A stretch of 64,000 nucleotides of DNA from an uncultured Candidatus Saccharibacteria bacterium (GTDB lineage Bacteria; Patescibacteriota; Minisyncoccia; UBA6257; JAUSGH01): NCBI GenBank assembly GCA_964360025.1, contig CAYHUD010000002.1, positions 3,602 to 67,601 of the forward strand, written 5' to 3'. Every line of letters begins with the position of its first letter. Position 1 is the first letter of the stretch. Shown piece after piece: positions 37,277 through 47,165 of this stretch. A model generated the notes under the pieces. The model did not search any database. It was not told the DNA's origin and saw only the letters and a program-made list of their open reading frames with translations. A program made the position numbers and the translations under genes.

Positions 37277-38629
37277 ATGAGCTTTTTTTCTAAGGCAAAA
37301 AAGTTGTTTAAAAAGACCGTTAGCGGCAAGGATCGCGGAGCGGAGGAGATTAAAGAACCGGTTGGATCAAAATCTCCGGGGGGTTTACCAAAAACAGACA
37401 TCACCAGAAGTACGCCGACGCGCGAAGCGATTGAGAGCGAGCTTTTGCGAGGCAGTGAGACCTCCATCATCGGACTCGTTGATCTTTTAATCCAATATTC
37501 TTACGAATTGCGCGCTTCCGATATTCATATTGAGCCGGAGTCGGAAAGGATGCGCATCCGTTTTCGCGTGGATGGCGTGATGCATGATATTTTTGTTTTC
37601 CCCAAAGCGCTTCAGTCAGAGATTATTACCCGCATTAAGGTATTATCGGGTTTGCGTATTGACGAGCATCAGGCGGCTCAAGACGGCCGTTTCAAAGCGC
37701 CGATCAAAGAAGTGGGTTATGTGGACGTGCGTATTTCCATCGCCCCGACTTATTACGGCGAAAACTGCATTATGCGTATTCTGGCGAACAAAACCGAAGA
37801 GTTTACTCTGGAGAAACTCGGTTTTGAAGGCGTTGATTTAGAGAGAATCCGGGATGCCATTACGAAACCCTATGGTATGATTTTGGCCACAGGCCCCACC
37901 GGTTCAGGAAAAACAACGACTCTTTATACTGTTTTACAAAAATTAAATACTCCCGAGGTTGCGATTATTACAATCGAAGACCCGATAGAGTATTCCATAG
38001 AGGGCGTGGATCAAATCCAGGTTAACGCTAAAACGGGTATCACCTTTGCCGCCGGACTGCGCTCAATTTTGCGCCAAGACCCGAACATCATCATGGTGGG
38101 CGAAATTAGAGACGAAGAAACCGCCGGTATCGCCGTAAATGCCGCCCTAACCGGTCACTTATTGCTTTCTACTTTGCACACCAACGACGCCCCGACGGCG
38201 CTCCCGCGGCTTTTGGATATGAAAGTGGAGCCGTTTCTTATTGCCTCAACCGTCAATGTGATTATCGGCCAGCGGCTTCTTCGTCGCATTTGCGATGAGT
38301 GTAAGGTTGAGCTCAAGGCAACGGGCGCGGAGCTTGCTTCTTTAAAGCAGGTTATTAGGCCCGAAATTTTGGGGGATAATAAAACCTTTTTTAAAGGGAA
38401 GGGATGTCCCTCGTGTGATGACACCGGATATAAAAGCCGCATCGGTATCCATGAAGTGCTTCTGGTGGATGACGAAATGCGCGAGGCGATTATGAGCCGC
38501 GTCAATGCCGCGGAAATCAAAAAAATTGCCGTTAAAAATGGCATGCGGCCGATGCTTGAGGACGCTTTTCAAAAAGCTCTGCAGGGGCAGACGACAATAG
38601 AAGAAATTTTGCGCGTTATCAGAGAGTAA
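37277..38629 (+). CDS. pilB: Type IV pilus assembly ATPase (GspE/PilB family)
   Basis: Walker A GPTGSGKTTT, the Asp box, His boxes and the tetracysteine motif CPSCDDTGY... Confidence 0.9.
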   Translation: MSFFSKAKKLFKKTVSGKDRGAEEIKEPVGSKSPGGLPKTDITRSTPTREAIESELLRGSETSIIGLVDLLIQYSYELRASDIHIEPESERMRIRFRVDGVMHDIFVFPKALQSEIITRIKVLSGLRIDEHQAAQDGRFKAPIKEVGYVDVRISIAPTYYGENCIMRILANKTEEFTLEKLGFEGVDLERIRDAITKPYGMILATGPTGSGKTTTLYTVLQKLNTPEVAIITIEDPIEYSIEGVDQIQVNAKTGITFAAGLRSILRQDPNIIMVGEIRDEETAGIAVNAALTGHLLLSTLHTNDAPTALPRLLDMKVEPFLIASTVNVIIGQRLLRRICDECKVELKATGAELASLKQVIRPEILGDNKTFFKGKGCPSCDDTGYKSRIGIHEVLLVDDEMREAIMSRVNAAEIKKIAVKNGMRPMLEDAFQKALQGQTTIEEILRVIRE

Positions 38630-38655
38630 ACCGTCTCGTGTGGTATAATTAAATA

Positions 38656-39864
38656 ATGCCTCCCAGAAAGATCTTAAAAAAAGAGGATATTTCCGGTATC
38701 AAAACTCCCGTTGAAGAACAGCCGATTAAACCCCCGGCGGCGACTTCGGAAATTAAATCCGTAAAACCGGAGCCGTCTGTTAAAAAATCTGCTTGGTGGC
38801 GGAAAGATCTGTCTTTCGGAGCGTTTTTCGGCGTATCGCTTCAGGAGCAAATACTTTTTGCGCGACATCTGTCGCTCATGGCTAAAGCCGGGGTCTCGGT
38901 TCTAGACAGTCTTCAGCTTTTAAAAAAACAGACGCGTTCCGGCGCGATGATTAGTATTTTGGACAGCGCGTCTAGAGGTGTTGCCGAGGGACAGTTTCTT
39001 TCTGCCGCGCTCGCGCCGCACAAAAATGCTTTTGGGGATCTATTCTTGAATATCGTTAAAATAGGGGAGACAAGCGGAACTTTGCCGGAAAATTTAACCT
39101 ATCTGGCTGAAGAGCTTAGCAAGAAGAGCCAACTGCAAAGCAAAATACGGGGAGCCATGATTTACCCCGCGATTATCGTTATTGGTGTTATTTCTATCAT
39201 CAGTTTTCTCGTGTTCTTTCTTTTCCCTAAAATTATTCCCGTTTTTAAAACTTTAAACGTTCAGCTGCCGCTGCCGACTCGCATCTTGATTGCGGTGGCC
39301 AATTTTGCCCAGGCATACACTATTTCTATCGCTCTCGGCATTCTGGCTCTAATAATCATCTTTTGGCTGATTCTTAAAATTCGAAGAGTTAAAAAATTTT
39401 TTCACCGCTTTTTGTTGATGATTCCGATTGTCGGTTCATTATCGCGCGCCGTGAACATGTCCAGTTTTTGTCGCACGCTCTCCATTCTTTTGCGGAGCGG
39501 TTCCAGAATAGTGGAGTCGTTGGGCACCTCCGGAAATACCTTGGGGAATTTGATTTATCGCGACAAGATTATAGAAGCCGGGGAGGTGGTGCGTAAAGGC
39601 GGACAGCTCTCTGAACACCTTGAACAATTCCCTAAACTTTTTTCGCCCATGCTTTCGCAGATGATTTTTGTCGGCGAGAAAACCGGAAATTTAAGCGAAA
39701 CTCTGCAATATCTCGGCGGTTTCTACGAGGAAGAGATTGATAATACCACCAAAAACCTTTCTACAACCATAGAACCGATTTTGCTGATTATTCTGGGCGG
39801 TATTGTCGGTTTCGTGGCTATCGCGGTTATTACTCCGATTTACGGCATTACGCAGGGCGTGTAA
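38656..39864 (+). CDS. pilC: Type IV pilus platform protein (GspF/PilC family)
   Basis: Two GspF repeats with three TM helices, and a lysine-rich N-terminal extension. Confidence 0.85.
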   Translation: MPPRKILKKEDISGIKTPVEEQPIKPPAATSEIKSVKPEPSVKKSAWWRKDLSFGAFFGVSLQEQILFARHLSLMAKAGVSVLDSLQLLKKQTRSGAMISILDSASRGVAEGQFLSAALAPHKNAFGDLFLNIVKIGETSGTLPENLTYLAEELSKKSQLQSKIRGAMIYPAIIVIGVISIISFLVFFLFPKIIPVFKTLNVQLPLPTRILIAVANFAQAYTISIALGILALIIIFWLILKIRRVKKFFHRFLLMIPIVGSLSRAVNMSSFCRTLSILLRSGSRIVESLGTSGNTLGNLIYRDKIIEAGEVVRKGGQLSEHLEQFPKLFSPMLSQMIFVGEKTGNLSETLQYLGGFYEEEIDNTTKNLSTTIEPILLIILGGIVGFVAIAVITPIYGITQGV

Positions 39865-40287
39865 ATGAACAAGGGATTTACAATAATTGAAGTGGTAGTC
39901 ACTTTGGGAATTTTGGCGATTATTTTTGGCGCAACGGCGCCCATTAATTGGGAGTTTTATCAAAAGATTGAACTGAGAACTGAATATAATAACTATTTGT
40001 CCTATCTGAAATTAGCTCGCGCCGCGTCTCTGGCAAATAAAAATGCTTCCGCTCACGGAGTTTATGTAGGATTAAACAATGTCACCGTTTTTGAGGGAAA
40101 TAGTTACGCCCTACGGAATCAATCCCAAGATCAGATCTTTTCCCTGTCGTCTTTGGTTACGGTAACGGGAGCGACGGAGATAATTTTTAATCCGCTTTCG
40201 GCGAACACGACCAACTCCACAATTACCCTCTCTAATTCCCTGGGGGTTTATAATATAGACATCAATACGCAAGGAAAAATAGAATAA
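39865..40287 (+). CDS. Prepilin-type N-terminal cleavage/methylation domain protein (pilin/minor pilin)
   Basis: MNKG|FTIIEVVVTLGILAIIFG, a class III signal with Glu at +5. Confidence 0.85.
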   Translation: MNKGFTIIEVVVTLGILAIIFGATAPINWEFYQKIELRTEYNNYLSYLKLARAASLANKNASAHGVYVGLNNVTVFEGNSYALRNQSQDQIFSLSSLVTVTGATEIIFNPLSANTTNSTITLSNSLGVYNIDINTQGKIE

Positions 40288-40289
40288 AT

Positions 40290-41729
40290 ATGTTTTTATC
40301 TTCCAGAAAAGGTCAGAGTTTAATAGAAATTCTTATCGCGGTCGCTATTTTTACGACTGTCGTGGGCGCCGTTACTATTGCCTTTAGCGGCGGGCAAATT
40401 TCCTCTGTTGACGCCGAAAAAGCTATCAACGCCGGAGAATATGCCGTAGAGGGGCGCGAAGCCGTGCGCTCCATCTCTAACAGGTCGTGGAATGAACTTA
40501 CGGACGGCGTGTATGGATTAAAATTTGTAAACGGGGAATGGACATTTTCGGGCGCAAGCGACGCGAGGGGGGATTTTACAAGAACTGTTTCCATTGCTTC
40601 TTTAGATTCCAATACTAAAATAGCGACGACGACGATTGCTTGGACATCCGGTCCCTTCCGCAATCAAGAAACGGAAATAGTGGAACAACTGATGCGGTGG
40701 AGTAATCCTGTTCAGGGGGTGTGTAAAATAGGTCCGCTTGCGGGCGATTGGGCTCATCCACAAAGTATCGGTTCCGGTGACATCGGCGCGGGAAATTCCG
40801 GGACCGATGTTGTGGTCAAGCTGCCCTACGTCTATGTGAGCGGGACGGCGGCTACCGGGGCCAAGCATGACATTTTTGTTTTTGATGTAAGTAATCCGAT
40901 CCAACCCAATATGGTGAGATCGTTGGATATCGGAAGCGGCGGTATTAACTCGCTTTTTCTGAAAGGCAATTACTTATACGCCGCCTCGCCAAACGACTCC
41001 AAGGAACTGATTATTTTTGATATTTCCAATCCGCTTAACATCAATCAAGCTGGATTTTATAATTTACCCGGAAGTGCTGACGCCATTTCGGTTTACGTTT
41101 TTAGTGATACTGCGACTATCGGCAGAACCGAGTCCGCTACAAATGAGCTGACCTTCTTAAATGTCTCAAACCCCGTATCGCCGCAGATTATTTCCGAGAT
41201 TTCGACCGGCGGCAATATCTATGATTTTACGGCGAGCGGGGATCGTCTTTATTTTACGAGCCAGCAGTCGGACCCCGATATTTGGGTTTATGATATTTCT
41301 AATCCCCTAAATCCGTCTTTTGTTACGAATTACGATATTCCGGGAACGACGGAAGATATCAGTCTGTTTATCCAGGAAAGCTCCGCGGGCGGAGGAACTC
41401 TTAATATCCTTGACGGCAATATTCAAAATGAAATGATTGTTATCGGAGCGACAACGACTTTGTCTTCGGGGTGGTATGTTCGCGACCGCTTGGGTGTCTT
41501 GGGCGACCCCAACGATATCGTTTGCGTGGAGGGCGAACTCGCATTTTTAGCCACGACAAACAGCAATAAAGAATTTTTGATTTTAAATATTACCGACCCG
41601 GACAATATCACCGAATACGCTTATTTGAATTTTCCGCAATCGGGGAGCGGCATAGACTTTGTGGATAATAAGGTTTTTATGTCGGTGCGCAGCAATGATT
41701 CGTTAAGAATAATAACAGCCGGACCATAA
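40290..41729 (+). CDS. Large prepilin-like protein (479 aa) with a repeat-rich C-terminal domain; candidate pilus tip or adhesin subunit
   Basis: N-terminus KG|QSLIEILIAVAIFTTVVG, followed by a roughly 430-aa domain with repeated DISNP/NxSNP segments suggesting a beta-propeller-like fold. Confidence 0.7.
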   Translation: MFLSSRKGQSLIEILIAVAIFTTVVGAVTIAFSGGQISSVDAEKAINAGEYAVEGREAVRSISNRSWNELTDGVYGLKFVNGEWTFSGASDARGDFTRTVSIASLDSNTKIATTTIAWTSGPFRNQETEIVEQLMRWSNPVQGVCKIGPLAGDWAHPQSIGSGDIGAGNSGTDVVVKLPYVYVSGTAATGAKHDIFVFDVSNPIQPNMVRSLDIGSGGINSLFLKGNYLYAASPNDSKELIIFDISNPLNINQAGFYNLPGSADAISVYVFSDTATIGRTESATNELTFLNVSNPVSPQIISEISTGGNIYDFTASGDRLYFTSQQSDPDIWVYDISNPLNPSFVTNYDIPGTTEDISLFIQESSAGGGTLNILDGNIQNEMIVIGATTTLSSGWYVRDRLGVLGDPNDIVCVEGELAFLATTNSNKEFLILNITDPDNITEYAYLNFPQSGSGIDFVDNKVFMSVRSNDSLRIITAGP

Positions 41730-41731
41730 CT

Positions 41732-42211
41732 ATGAAATTTAATTCGCGCAGGGGGTTTACCCTGATAGAAACAATTCTCTACACCGGAATTCTCTCCGTA
41801 ATTATCGGTTCTTTTTTGTTAATTTTATATAATATTGCCGGGCACAGTGAGAGTAGTTTAAGGAATATTGACTTGATAGATCAAAAACAGTTTATTATTC
41901 AAAAAATCGATTGGTTCTTACAGAGCGTGGCAGCTGTTAATAATCCCACGGCGGGTTCTTCGGGAGCAGTCCTTTCTGTAAATAAAGTCAGTTATGCCTC
42001 AAATCCTATTGTTGTAGATCTATCTTCCGGAGTTCTTCGTGTCAGCGAGGGTGGAGGGGGCGCGATCAATCTTACCCCCACTGGAATAACAGTGTCGGGA
42101 CTTAGCTTCACGCATACGGCGAGCCCTAACGAAACACGCGTCCGAACGGTTATGACCTTAACCAACGCCGCCACCTCTACAACTATTGATTTTGTAAAAA
42201 TTATCAGATAA
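41732..42211 (+). CDS. Prepilin-type minor pilin
   Basis: RRG|FTLIETILYTGILSVIIG. Confidence 0.8.
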   Translation: MKFNSRRGFTLIETILYTGILSVIIGSFLLILYNIAGHSESSLRNIDLIDQKQFIIQKIDWFLQSVAAVNNPTAGSSGAVLSVNKVSYASNPIVVDLSSGVLRVSEGGGGAINLTPTGITVSGLSFTHTASPNETRVRTVMTLTNAATSTTIDFVKIIR

Positions 42212-42216
42212 TTAAT

Positions 42217-42621
42217 ATGCGACGTAATTATTTATTGCCTAAAAACGAAAAAGGATATATAGCAATTATTGTTGCTTTGATATTTTCCGCAATTACGATC
42301 GCTGCCGCTTTTTCCGTAGGCACGTCCGGACTTCTTTCCCGCAACTCCAAGGTTGATTTTGCGAACAAGGCGGCTAGTTTTGCCGCGGCGCGGGCCTGTC
42401 TGGATAGAGCCCGGCTCCAATTATCGCAAAACTCTCTTTATGCGGGCAACGAAAGTTTGCAAATTTATGATTATCAATGCACTGTTGTTTCCGTAGAAAC
42501 GAGCGGACCAAACAGGATTATTAAAACTTCGTCCTCCGTATTCGGCGCGACAACCAACCTCAGGCTGACAGTTGACAGCTCGTTTGCCAGTGTTAGTTTT
42601 GAAGAAGTCGTATCGCATTAA
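42217..42621 (+). CDS. Pilin-like protein lacking Glu+5 (PilX-like minor pilin candidate)
   Basis: EKG|YIAIIVALIFSAITIAAAF, a hydrophobic N-terminal helix with no Glu at +5. Confidence 0.6.
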   Translation: MRRNYLLPKNEKGYIAIIVALIFSAITIAAAFSVGTSGLLSRNSKVDFANKAASFAAARACLDRARLQLSQNSLYAGNESLQIYDYQCTVVSVETSGPNRIIKTSSSVFGATTNLRLTVDSSFASVSFEEVVSH

Positions 42622-42720
42622 TCCCGTTAGAGTTCGACAGGCCACGCATTTATGGAAACCACATCAGACAACACGCAACTTATTTTAATTAAAAACTTAT
42701 TTATCGAACTCTAACGGGAT
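42621..42720. repeat. Perfect 17-bp inverted repeat (ATCCCGTTAGAGTTCGA ... TCGAACTCTAACGGGAT) around a 66-nt AT-rich loop, ending on the ATG of the next pilin gene
   Basis: The arms at 42621-42637 and 42704-42720 are exact reverse complements. The 3' arm sequesters the start region of the 42719 gene. Confidence 0.8.
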
Positions 42721-43171
42721 GAAAACAAACAGGGGATTTACTTTATTTGAACTGCTAATTTCTCTCGGGATATTGACCGTTATCTTTGGTGCGACGCTTT
42801 ATTTTTTGAATCCGGCAAAACAGCTCGCCGTTTCCAGAAATGATAGGCGCGAAGCCGATCTGAATACTATTATTAACGCCATTGGTCAGAATGCGGCCGA
42901 TAACCGCGGGGTTTTTACTTGCTTAGCGGGAACACCCTCGGCCAGTTCCACGCGTATGGCCATGGGAGCAGATAATTATAATATCGCCCCGTGCCTTGTG
43001 CCCGCGTATCTTTCACGCATGCCTTATGACCCCGTAGAATCGGGCGCCCACTTTGTTTCCGTCTCGGATTACGATACCGTTTATGCGATCGCCCGCAATC
43101 CGGCAACAGGACGTATCACGGTTTCCGCTATTTATCCCGAGCTTGATGAAATTATTGCCGTTACGCGTTGA
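42719..43171 (+). CDS. Prepilin-type pilin (candidate major pilin)
   Basis: NRG|FTLFELLISLGILTVIFG, 150 aa with a Cys pair in the C-terminal region. Confidence 0.8.
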   Translation: MKTNRGFTLFELLISLGILTVIFGATLYFLNPAKQLAVSRNDRREADLNTIINAIGQNAADNRGVFTCLAGTPSASSTRMAMGADNYNIAPCLVPAYLSRMPYDPVESGAHFVSVSDYDTVYAIARNPATGRITVSAIYPELDEIIAVTR

Positions 43172-43191
43172 TTTTATGTTATATTAATTTT

Positions 43192-43566
43192 ATGGCTAAA
43201 AAGATTCTAATTGTTGAAGACGAAACTCTTATTGCCGGATCCATCGTTGATTTTCTTAAAAAGAAAGGATATGACGCCGTCTCCGCAGGCAGCGGAGATG
43301 CGGCCCTGGAGGAGCTCGCCAACGGAAAGCCGGATCTGATTCTTTTAGATATTGTTATGCCCCGCATGGACGGGATTACACTGCTAAAACAGCTGCAACA
43401 CCCCGACTGCGATTGCCGAAATATCCCCATCATTATTTTCAGCAATGTTCCCGGAAAGAAAAAATGGATTGAAGATATGGGTCTGCGCGTGGAAGATTAT
43501 TTGATTAAAGCAAAAACTCCGCTGCCGGAGTTGGAAAATAAAATCAAAAATATTTTAGGGTCTTAA
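43192..43566 (+). CDS. Stand-alone response-regulator receiver domain protein (PilH/PilG-like by context)
   Basis: ILIVEDETL, the acceptor Asp in LILLDIVMP, and the Lys region. The start is at MAKKIL inside the tracked ORF 43168.. Confidence 0.8.
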   Translation: MAKKILIVEDETLIAGSIVDFLKKKGYDAVSAGSGDAALEELANGKPDLILLDIVMPRMDGITLLKQLQHPDCDCRNIPIIIFSNVPGKKKWIEDMGLRVEDYLIKAKTPLPELENKIKNILGS

Positions 43567-44393
43567 AATATCGGTAGATTAATTGCAACTGGTTTCTTGC
43601 CTTCTTCTTGGATTCTTAAGATCGTTAATTTCCCATCAGTTAAGTTCGCCCCCAGAATTTTTGTGCGGATTTGTTTGCCGCTTTTTTCTATAAACGCGTA
43701 AACTCCCGGCTCGGGATTCAAGGCACGAATTTTTTTATGCATTATCGCGGGATCGTCTTTTTTTAGGTCTAACAACCCGTCATTTGTTGAGAATTTTTTC
43801 GTGAAAGTTGCTTCGTCGTGATTTTGCGGCCGGGACTTTATTTTGTCGTTTAAAAAATCAGGCAGGGTTTTTATCAACAACTCCGAACTGAGCTTCGCGA
43901 GTTTATCGGAGAGGGTGATATGGGTATCACCCGGAGTTATCGGTATTTCATTACTTGCCAGAATATCGCCGTGATCTACTTTTTCATCAAGAAGATAGAG
44001 CGTGATGCCCGTTTTAGATTCTCCCCCGAGTATCGCCGATTGGATTGGCGATGCACCGCGGTATTTGGGTAGAAGAGAGGGGTGAACGCCTAGAACCCCC
44101 CGGCGGGGGATTTTGATAATCTCCGTCGGAATAATTTTGGCATAGGCGCAAACGATGAAAAAATCCCATTCGCCGGATAATTCTGGCGCTATCGCCGTAG
44201 GTTTTTCCGGTTGATAGATTGGGATATTATATTTTTGCGCGAGAACTTTTGTTTCCGGAGCGGTAAGAATTTTTTTCCTCCCCGCTGGTTTATCGGGATT
44301 GGCAACTACAAGCGCGGGCGGCATTCCTGCGTTTATTAAGTCTTGCAAAATCCTTGCGGCAAAGTTAGGCGTCCCGAAAAATACGTATCTCAT
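43563..44393 (-). CDS. fmt: Methionyl-tRNA formyltransferase (short form)
   Basis: MRYVFFGTP, HPSLLPKYRG and the Fmt C-terminal domain. 276 aa. Confidence 0.9.
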   Translation of the reverse strand: MRYVFFGTPNFAARILQDLINAGMPPALVVANPDKPAGRKKILTAPETKVLAQKYNIPIYQPEKPTAIAPELSGEWDFFIVCAYAKIIPTEIIKIPRRGVLGVHPSLLPKYRGASPIQSAILGGESKTGITLYLLDEKVDHGDILASNEIPITPGDTHITLSDKLAKLSSELLIKTLPDFLNDKIKSRPQNHDEATFTKKFSTNDGLLDLKKDDPAIMHKKIRALNPEPGVYAFIEKSGKQIRTKILGANLTDGKLTILRIQEEGKKPVAINLPIF

Positions 44394-44508
44394 CCCGTTA
44401 GAAGCAGATCGCGATTAACGCCAATCTACGATTATTTTTATAATTTCTATGCATATGATTCATGATGTTTTTGTTATAACACGAGCCGATCGCGGCTTCT
44501 AACGGGAT
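44392..44508. repeat. Imperfect inverted repeat (ATCCCGTTAGAAGC ... GCTTCTAACGGGAT) around an AT-rich loop of roughly 85 nt, between def and fmt
   Basis: 14-bp arms are exact reverse complements, with partial complementarity continuing inward. It shares the ATCCCGTTAGA core with the repeat at 42621. Confidence 0.7.
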
Positions 44509-44999
44509 TTCTTTTCTACAACAACACTGAACATTTCTTTTGCCCTATCAATAAAAAGCTTACCGTTTAAGTGATCCGTTTCGTGTTGAAAAACTTTTGC
44601 CAGAAGACCCCAGGCCTTGAGTTTGATGGGAGATCCGTTTTTATCAAACCCCTTAAGCGTCACCCGCGAAGATCTTTCTACTGGGCCGTATTTTAGAGGA
44701 ACGCTTAAACAACCCTCGTCCATCGTATCTTTTTCCTCTGATTCTTGGATTATTTCGGGATTGAAAACCGCGTAAAATTTATTAGCGACCTGAGCTACGA
44801 ATACCTTTATATTAAGACCGATTTGATTTGCGGAAAGTCCTATACCGTCCGCCTCTTTCATCGCGAAACGCATGGATTTTACCAGTTCGTTAATTTCTTT
44901 CTGCGAGAACTTGGAGAAATCAAAAAGAACGGTTTTATGCCGCAGAAATTTTTCATCTTCTGGTTTTTCGATTGTTACTATTTCCATAATTCCTGCCAA
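44499..44999 (-). CDS. def: Peptide deformylase
   Basis: The three Def motifs: GIGLSANQIG, EGCLSVP and HETDHLNG. Confidence 0.95.
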   Translation of the reverse strand: MAGIMEIVTIEKPEDEKFLRHKTVLFDFSKFSQKEINELVKSMRFAMKEADGIGLSANQIGLNIKVFVAQVANKFYAVFNPEIIQESEEKDTMDEGCLSVPLKYGPVERSSRVTLKGFDKNGSPIKLKAWGLLAKVFQHETDHLNGKLFIDRAKEMFSVVVEKKSR

Positions 45000-45006
45000 T
45001 ATTACC

Positions 45007-45276
45007 TTATTTTTGTGGCGAATGCAATACTTTCATGAAATAAGCGCCTTTATTTTTAACATCCTTCCTTTCCGCCACCGACTTGGCGACAATAAGAAGT
45101 TTGTCCTTTCCCAGATCTCTTGCCAGCTTGATATATAGGGACTTATGCGCCCGATCGCTTAGGATATCGGCAACTTCCAGACCCACGAGTTGGAATTCTT
45201 TGTATACATGGGATTCTTCTTTCCGTTCAGCGAGTTTTTTTAGATATTTCCCCCCCGTGTCGGCGAATGATTTCAT
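45007..45276 (-). CDS. Hypothetical small protein upstream of def-fmt
   Basis: 89-aa ORF in operon position. No family recognised. Confidence 0.5.
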   Translation of the reverse strand: MKSFADTGGKYLKKLAERKEESHVYKEFQLVGLEVADILSDRAHKSLYIKLARDLGKDKLLIVAKSVAERKDVKNKGAYFMKVLHSPQK

Positions 45277-45314
45277 GACTTAATTCTATGATATTATGAA
45301 TATAAATCCAAACT

Positions 45315-45878
45315 ATGCCACAGAAACGTGTTTTCATCGCCATCAATCTGCCCGAGTCGGTTAAAAAACAGATTGATGCCGAGTTATTGGTTTTACGAGA
45401 GAAATTACCTCAAGGCACGCGTTTTGTCGCCCGCGAGGACTGGCATATCACCGTCTCATTTTTATCCCAGCAGTCGGATGAAAGCATCGGCGAAATTATC
45501 GGGGCGATGTCCTCGGTTATGCCGCGGACAGCGGCTCCGGAGATAAGATTTGAGGATATGGTGTATGGACCAGAGGAAAGGTCCCCGCGCATGGTCTGGA
45601 TCGTTGCTTCTCTTAAAAGCTCGTCTTTGCTCGGCGATATAAAACATATCTTAGAAGAAGAGCTTATTCAGAGAAAGGTACGACTAGGGGAGGGTGACAG
45701 AAAGTTCTCTGGCCACATTACGCTTGCTCGTTTGAACAACTTTGATACGCCGCCGCCCCCATTGGAAAACAAGGTCAATTTTAGTTTTATTCCGGAAAGC
45801 TTGGATCTGATGGAGTCACAGCCTTCGCATTCCGGCCCTAGATATCACTCTTTAACCGCGATGGATTTTCAACAATAA
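45315..45878 (+). CDS. thpR: RNA 2',3'-cyclic phosphodiesterase (2H phosphoesterase, LigT/ThpR family)
   Basis: Two H-x-T/S-x motifs (WHITVSF and GHITLAR). Confidence 0.85.
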   Translation: MPQKRVFIAINLPESVKKQIDAELLVLREKLPQGTRFVAREDWHITVSFLSQQSDESIGEIIGAMSSVMPRTAAPEIRFEDMVYGPEERSPRMVWIVASLKSSSLLGDIKHILEEELIQRKVRLGEGDRKFSGHITLARLNNFDTPPPPLENKVNFSFIPESLDLMESQPSHSGPRYHSLTAMDFQQ

Positions 45879-45902
45879 TTTAGGTAGAATATCCTAATAA
45901 CA

Positions 45903-47165
45903 ATGAAAAAAATTCTTAATAATCCGTTTCGTGTTTGGTTGGCCTTATGCCTCCTTGGTTTGGTCGTCCTCTCAAGTTCTGTTTATGTCGGATACGGCTT
46001 GGGCATAAAATATCCGGAAACCATTTTAGTCAAAAATATCGTCAATGTTGACCCCGATTTTAAAACCACGGGCGATTTTAGCGTTTTCTGGCAGGTATGG
46101 GGCATGATCAAAAGTGATTATTTGAGAAGCGCGTCCACTACAGAAAAGCTGATGGTTTATGGAGCGATTGACGGACTCGTTAATTCTCTGGGCGATCCCA
46201 ATACTGTATTTTTCCCGCCCGAAGACGCCCAAAAGTTTACCGAGGACGTTAACGGTAAATTTGGCGGCATTGGAGCGGAGATCGGCATTAGAAATGAACA
46301 GTTGCTGATCGTAGCACCGCTTAAGGATTCTCCCGCGGAAAAAGCCGGAATAAGAAGCGGTGATAAAATTCTGGCCATAGACAAGGAAAATACAAATGGT
46401 ATCAAAGTAAATGACGCAGTTAAAAAAATAAGAGGGGAAATCGGCACTAAAGTAACGCTCGCCATTTTAAGAAACGGCTGGGAAACTCCGCGTGATTTTA
46501 CGATTGTTCGCGGTGAGATAATTATTCCCACTCTTGATTTCAAGCGGCTTCCCGACGAGGTTGGGTACATACGCATCAGAAGTTTCAACGAAAACGCCCC
46601 CCAGTTATTTCTGGATGCGGCGCGGGAACTTCTGGCGCCGCCGGGCTTAAACGGCATGATTCTGGACTTGCGGGATGATCCGGGCGGATTCTTGGAGGTG
46701 GCGGTAAATATCGCCGGCTGGTTTATGGATCCTAATTCCGTCGTTGCGGTTCAGGAGTATAGCGACCCCGCAAATAAAAGAGTTTATACAAGCTATGGCA
46801 ATGGAGTCCTAAAGCCGATCCCTATCGTAGTGATCGTCAATCAGGGTTCTGCCTCTGCCTCGGAAATATTAGCGGGAGCTTTGCGTGATAATATCGGCGC
46901 GGTCTTAGTGGGCGAGGAAACATTCGGTAAGGGCACCGTGCAGGAGCTCCGTCGCTTGAAGGATGGTTCCAGTCTTAAATTGACTATTTCCCACTGGCTG
47001 CTTCCTAAAGGAGACATGATAGACAAAAATGGCATTAATCCGGATTATGAGGTAAAGCTTTCGGAAGAGGATATTAAAGCCGAACGCGATCCCCAGCTGG
47101 ATAAAGCCAAATCAATAATGAATGACTTGATTAAGAAGATGCTCGCCAAACAGCCCCGCTCATGA
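45903..47165 (+). CDS. ctp: Carboxyl-terminal processing peptidase (S41) with a PDZ domain
   Basis: PDZ region GIGAEIG...[14 protein letters not shown]41 catalytic Ser in GSASASE, and the Lys region. N-terminal signal-anchor. The terminal TGA overlaps the rplI ATG. Confidence 0.9.
   Translation: MKKILNNPFRVWLALCLLGLVVLSSSVYVGYGLGIKYPETILVKNIVNVDPDFKTTGDFSVFWQVWGMIKSDYLRSASTTEKLMVYGAIDGLVNSLGDPNTVFFPPEDAQKFTEDVNGKFGGIGAEIGIRNEQLLIVAPLKDSPAEKAGIRSGDKILAIDKENTNGIKVNDAVKKIRGEIGTKVTLAILRNGWETPRDFTIVRGEIIIPTLDFKRLPDEVGYIRIRSFNENAPQLFLDAARELLAPPGLNGMILDLRDDPGGFLEVAVNIAGWFMDPNSVVAVQEYSDPANKRVYTSYGNGVLKPIPIVVIVNQGSASASEILAGALRDNIGAVLVGEETFGKGTVQELRRLKDGSSLKLTISHWLLPKGDMIDKNGINPDYEVKLSEEDIKAERDPQLDKAKSIMNDLIKKMLAKQPRS

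Noticed and set aside
45007-47165. Possible UGA recoding (Gracilibacteria/SR1 code 25)
   Set aside because: TGA terminates ctp exactly at an ATGA overlap with rplI, and many conserved genes end at TAA or TGA at the expected lengths. An RF2-like factor with an SPF motif is present. The standard code 11 applies.
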